Shown: positions 16,710 through 20,000 of the stretch, in pieces
How positions within the stretch are numbered: position 1 is the first letter of the stretch
How the letters are laid out: the number at the start of each line of letters is the position of its first letter
Origin: an uncultured virus (IMG/VR IMGVR_UViG_3300032301_000717)
Lineage: Duplodnaviria; Heunggongvirae; Uroviricota; Caudoviricetes
Virus record (IMG/VR): IMGVR_UViG_3300032301_000717
Strand: one strand, 5' to 3'
Length of the DNA: 20,000 nucleotides
Made by a program: the position numbers and the translations under genes
Notes under the pieces: generated by a model
Told to the model about the DNA's origin: nothing
Seen by the model: the letters and a program-made list of their open reading frames with translations, nothing else
Databases searched by the model: none

Positions 16710-16728
16710 GGGGGGGGGGGGGGGTGGG
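16710..16728 (+). repeat. G15 homopolymer followed by TGGG
   Basis: Directly visible in an otherwise AT-rich sequence. Confidence 0.9.
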
Positions 16729-16854
16729 CACAGCCGCTGACCGAATTGGGTGAGTGTATCTACACCAGTTTTGTAAGTATATACTCTATGCACGGACTGA
16801 AGACGCTATAACAAATACAAGTGTGATGAGTCCTAAAGCTAAAGAGGTAGTAGT

Positions 16855-17208
16855 ATGTTTGGGCAGAAGCCTATAAAGAAGACTCCAGAGCAACTGAGAG
16901 CTGACCTAGCTGCGAAAGAAGCAGCCGCTAAAGAAGCAGCTCAATTACAGTTTGAAAAGGATAACCCAAAGCTTGCTCAGCCTGAGCAGCCAGCTACAGC
17001 TCCAATGCAACAGCCTTTAATAGGACCACAACAGCAGTTTAATGCCATGCAGCAACAGATGTATCAAACTCAGCCAGTACAACAGGAAGCACAGCCCGAA
17101 CAACCAACCCAACAACAGAATCAGCTACAAGAACAACAGCCAAAACAAATAGAACAGATTGCTCCGATTAAGAAGACTTTTATAAAAAGAAAAAATACGG
17201 AGATGTAA
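16855..17208 (+). CDS. Gln/Pro-rich low-complexity protein
   Basis: 117-aa ORF with GAGG RBS; poly-Q/P central region. Confidence 0.7.
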   Translation: MFGQKPIKKTPEQLRADLAAKEAAAKEAAQLQFEKDNPKLAQPEQPATAPMQQPLIGPQQQFNAMQQQMYQTQPVQQEAQPEQPTQQQNQLQEQQPKQIEQIAPIKKTFIKRKNTEM

Positions 17209-17211
17209 TCT

Positions 17212-17607
17212 ATGTACAAGGATAGGTTTAAAAGATTAATGTCCAAGATGTCGGATGCTGATTACGATGAAACGGCAAGTAAAGCTGCTACTAACATGAC
17301 GTACAAAGATAATGCTATGGGTCATGGGTCAGATGCTTATAAACTACCAAATCACCCTACGTTTTCACAAGATAGTTTAGCTAGTAACCCTTTGCAGTAT
17401 GGTGGCGTATGGAAAGATGGAACTTTCACCCCATCCGAACATAACCTACGTAACATGCCTCCAGAACAACTGTACAATTATTTTAGCGGTCCAGCAGAGG
17501 ACGTAAGATATGGCGGTGCAGGTCCAGAAGGACTCATACTTCCCAATTCACTAAAAGTTAGTGGTAAACCTTACCCATTTGGTAAATTAAGAGATAAGCT
17601 TAAATAA
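17212..17607 (+). CDS. Hypothetical protein with KxPNHPTFS...GG.W motif
   Basis: YKLPNHPTFSQDS...GGVWKDGTFTPS; GGAG RBS; 3 nt after the upstream stop. Confidence 0.75.
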   Translation: MYKDRFKRLMSKMSDADYDETASKAATNMTYKDNAMGHGSDAYKLPNHPTFSQDSLASNPLQYGGVWKDGTFTPSEHNLRNMPPEQLYNYFSGPAEDVRYGGAGPEGLILPNSLKVSGKPYPFGKLRDKLK

Positions 17608-17608
17608 T

Positions 17609-17851
17609 CTATGCATATCGCTCCATCACTTTATCTATGCAAGCTAATACATGCACTATACTGTTCGAGCTTGTAGTAATACCTAGACACGAACACATGT
17701 ATCCGTCCCACGTTAGAATCAATCCTTTGTATTCAGCAGTCCATAGTTCGTCGTGAATACATCTCCATCGTAAAGTCATAGATTTTCTTAGTTCAAATAC
17801 ATTTGACATAAACATTTTTCCTTGCGAACGTAAGTTCGCCTTAAAAGCCAC
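17609..17851 (-). CDS. Hypothetical protein (start uncertain)
   Basis: ORF ending head-on with the plus-strand island. Confidence 0.45.
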   Translation of the reverse strand: MAFKANLRSQGKMFMSNVFELRKSMTLRWRCIHDELWTAEYKGLILTWDGYMCSCLGITTSSNSIVHVLACIDKVMERYA

Positions 17852-17936
17852 AAAGATATACCCAATAGAAGACGATGATTACGTTATGTACAACCGCTTC
17901 TATACTAGCTTTATGCTAGTTATTAAGCGTTATTTT

Positions 17937-18155
17937 TTACGTATCCTTTCTTCGGTTAATGAAGCCCTTAGTAGTACCATCTACCCAAGGTATACCTAAC
18001 GCTCGAAACACAAATAGCAGCGACCACGAAGCCGCTACCAGCACAGCTATGTTCATAACCATGTAGACAAGTAGTAATACGTGAAACTGAATTAGAAACA
18101 TTACTATGTCTTTAAATGATTTGAATTGCACAAGGTAGTCTGGTGGTAGTATCAT
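17937..18155 (-). CDS. Small membrane protein
   Basis: Hydrophobic segment; likely start MILPP at ATGA overlap. Confidence 0.55.
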   Translation of the reverse strand: MILPPDYLVQFKSFKDIVMFLIQFHVLLLVYMVMNIAVLVAASWSLLFVFRALGIPWVDGTTKGFINRRKDT

Positions 18156-18361
18156 TCTTCTGACTCCCATTCCCAAATAGGGATGCATAGTTCTCCATTT
18201 TCCAATTCTTGTATTTTGATTACTCCTTCTTTAGATGGAGGCATCATACCAGCTCTTTCAGCAGCACCTAGTAAGATATCGCAAATATGATATGCAGAAT
18301 ATCCTTTGGGAGCTGTCTCGTATATTTTAGCTAATTTTTCTAGCATTTCACTTCTCTTCAT
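18152..18361 (-). CDS. MKRS...GMxPP...WE family protein, copy A
   Basis: MKRSEM...LL..AERAGMMPP...WESEE; GAGG RBS. Confidence 0.75.
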   Translation of the reverse strand: MKRSEMLEKLAKIYETAPKGYSAYHICDILLGAAERAGMMPPSKEGVIKIQELENGELCIPIWEWESEE

Positions 18362-18371
18362 TGTTAACCTC

Positions 18372-18578
18372 TTATTCTTTCCTTATTTGTTTAGACAACT
18401 GATTTATATGTTCTGCATATTTTCTATCATACCTCATTACCCATAAAGGAATATTTATTCTTCTTATTTTGTGTAAAAATTTAATACAGAACAATATACT
18501 AAGTTGTTTAACAATAAAACCTTTTAATACTCCCTCCGTGTAGATAATATTCCAAATTCTGCAATTAATTATTCTCAT
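18372..18578 (-). CDS. Hypothetical protein
   Basis: 68-aa ORF overlapping the upstream gene. Confidence 0.45.
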   Translation of the reverse strand: MRIINCRIWNIIYTEGVLKGFIVKQLSILFCIKFLHKIRRINIPLWVMRYDRKYAEHINQLSKQIRKE

Positions 18579-18780
18579 CTTCTGTCTCCCATCTATGATA
18601 TGCTTCTGTTAAACATTGTAGAGCGTCCTGATTGTAATGATGTATAGGTTTGGAGGTCTGAGGAGGTAACATTCCAAGCTTTTCAAAAACTTCAAGCATT
18701 CTCTCAACTTGCTCCACGTTAACGCAAACTGTGTTTAAGTTATGGTTTAAAGCTTTTTTAATCATAGTGCTACGTTTCAT
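18565..18780 (-). CDS. MKRS...GMxPP...WE family protein, copy B
   Basis: MKRSTM...ML..FEKLGMLPP...WETEDE. Confidence 0.75.
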   Translation of the reverse strand: MKRSTMIKKALNHNLNTVCVNVEQVERMLEVFEKLGMLPPQTSKPIHHYNQDALQCLTEAYHRWETEDENN

Positions 18781-18956
18781 CTTTCTGCCTTCACTGTTAT
18801 ACTCGTGCTCATCATGCTATCTTGCTTGGGTACTATTGTTTTAAGTATCTCCACGATCTCATCTACATCCGTAAAGAATCTTTGAACATACCCTTGTTCT
18901 GTATGATAGCATATAAGCCATCCGTTTGCTATTTCAATTATCTCGAACCGTTTCAT
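18777..18956 (-). CDS. Hypothetical 59-aa protein directly downstream of HicA
   Basis: Translated by hand: MKRFEIIEIANGWLICYHTEQGYVQRFFTDVDEIVEILKTIV...; overlaps the hicA 3' end; AAGGA RBS. Confidence 0.6.
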   Translation of the reverse strand: MKRFEIIEIANGWLICYHTEQGYVQRFFTDVDEIVEILKTIVPKQDSMMSTSITVKAER

Positions 18957-19131
18957 TTGTATCCTTTATTGCTTTCTTTATATTACGAATTATAAACGGA
19001 GCAACATCCTCGGAGTGTTTTGGTACGATAACTTCCTTCTCGCCTTTCTTGAATATATGATGGCTACCTTTAACTCTATCGAGCGTAAATCCAGCTTGTG
19101 TTAATTGTAGACAGGCTTCACGAAAGTTCAT
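18934..19131 (-). CDS. hicA: HicA-family toxin (dsRBD-fold mRNA interferase)
   Basis: L.QAGF...RVKGSHHIFKK....VIVPKH..D.....IRNIKK. Confidence 0.88.
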   Translation of the reverse strand: MNFREACLQLTQAGFTLDRVKGSHHIFKKGEKEVIVPKHSEDVAPFIIRNIKKAIKDTNETVRDN

Positions 19132-19152
19132 TACTCAGGCTCCTATTCTTAA

Positions 19153-19374
19153 TTAAAAATCATTCTCGGCTTCTACCTCATGCCACTTCTTTATAGCCTC
19201 ACGTTGTTTTTCAATCTCATAAGTAAATCTTAATGTCACATTACAGAAAGTAAGATACACGCTATGGTAAATAAACCTATAATAGCATATGTTTATAAGA
19301 GTAAAGTTCGCCAAAACTTTACGAGCAGATAACTGGAGAGTAAGCTTTTTGGTAAGTTGTATAACTTTATTCAT
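19153..19374 (-). CDS. Hypothetical protein
   Basis: Likely start MNKV at ATGA overlap. Confidence 0.5.
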   Translation of the reverse strand: MNKVIQLTKKLTLQLSARKVLANFTLINICYYRFIYHSVYLTFCNVTLRFTYEIEKQREAIKKWHEVEAENDF

Positions 19375-19856
19375 TTCACTTCTCCACAATGGGGACATTT
19401 ATAGTTATCAGTCGTAGACCACTTATTACAGCTTCTACAACTCCTACTCCACATTTTAGCACAGGCTATAGCAAGTTCGCAAGGTAAAAGTTCTTTTGGA
19501 GCATCAATAATTATCTCGTCACGTATATGCGGATACTTAGCGCATACTACAGTAAAGGCATATTGCAACACAAGTTTTTGCCAGAAGTTGATAACTGGAG
19601 TTAGGAGTCGTAACGGTTGGTAATCTTGGTCAAATCGCCAAAGCCATTTAGGATACTGAGAATATACGTAACCCGAATGAGTTAATGAATGGAGAGTACC
19701 ATCGCAAAAGAAAAGGTCAAATCTTAAACTTCCGTATTTTTCTTTTGAGTGTACGCCAATCCTACCATAGCGTTTCATTGTACGTCTAAGCTCTTCCTCT
19801 GCTTTGTAAAGCGAGTTCCAATCAAAATCTTCGTCGCCCCAAAAATGTGCTGGCAT
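19371..19856 (-). CDS. Phage protein with KEK(Y/F)G.LRF motif and C-terminal Zn ribbon
   Basis: HSKEKYGSLRF; CRSC...CPHCG; GAGG RBS. Confidence 0.75.
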   Translation of the reverse strand: MPAHFWGDEDFDWNSLYKAEEELRRTMKRYGRIGVHSKEKYGSLRFDLFFCDGTLHSLTHSGYVYSQYPKWLWRFDQDYQPLRLLTPVINFWQKLVLQYAFTVVCAKYPHIRDEIIIDAPKELLPCELAIACAKMWSRSCRSCNKWSTTDNYKCPHCGEVK

Positions 19857-19865
19857 TATTCCTCT

Positions 19866-20000
19866 TTATTGTACCTTATCGGGTACATTTTTTTCATTTT
19901 TGCTTTTTTTATACCTTTTAGGGTATACTTTTTTAATCGTTTTTAATAGTTTTTCAGCCTCTGGAATTGTATCTCTAATATCTTTTCCAGCATCCTGCAA
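19866..20000 (-). CDS. 3' part of a basic hypothetical protein truncated by the window edge
   Basis: Open frame ...MLEKIIRDTIPEAEKLLKTIKKVYPKRYKK...VQ*. Confidence 0.4.
   Translation of the reverse strand: MQDAGKDIRDTIPEAEKLLKTIKKVYPKRYKKSKNEKNVPDKVQ

Noticed and set aside
16029..16811. Plus-strand ORFs 16029-16232 and 16602-16811
   Set aside because: No RBS, atypical composition; they overlie hairpins, the promoter and the poly-G tract
19749..19946. Plus-strand 65-aa ORF
   Set aside because: Antisense to better-supported minus-strand ORFs; Phe-rich shadow of Lys codons
1..20000. Alternative genetic code, inteins/introns, or a diversity-generating retroelement
   Set aside because: Long genes are intact in the standard code with all three stops used; polB and helicase are uninterrupted; no reverse transcriptase or TR/VR pair seen

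Overview
AT-rich fragment of a dsDNA tailed-phage genome, almost all on the minus strand. No structural, integrase or tRNA genes were seen. Left part: a replication/recombination module (family B DNA polymerase, AEP-primase/SF4-helicase fusion, ERF ssDNA-annealing protein, Cas4/AddB-like Fe-S PD-(D/E)XK nuclease, and a protein with an IF2-N-like N-terminus). Middle: a probable early/host-takeover cassette (rIIA/rIIB-like pair, DUF932, SH3/WYL-like, GP88-like, a small PD-(D/E)XK nuclease, small ORFs). Two separate genes encode stand-alone PhaR-N-like DNA-binding domains. The most unusual part is the ~1.2 kb non-coding region 15660-16850. It holds a ~400-nt block of densely packed, partly nested hairpins with minus-strand GUAA tetraloops (candidate undescribed structured ncRNA), five GGCAA-N3-TTGCC-like pseudo-palindromes around a consensus TTGACA-16-TATAAT leftward promoter, and a G15 tract. 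Right part: a two-gene plus-strand island, then small minus-strand ORFs including a HicA-like toxin with no clear HicB and a three-member paralog family. All family assignments come from motif recognition by eye, not from database searches.
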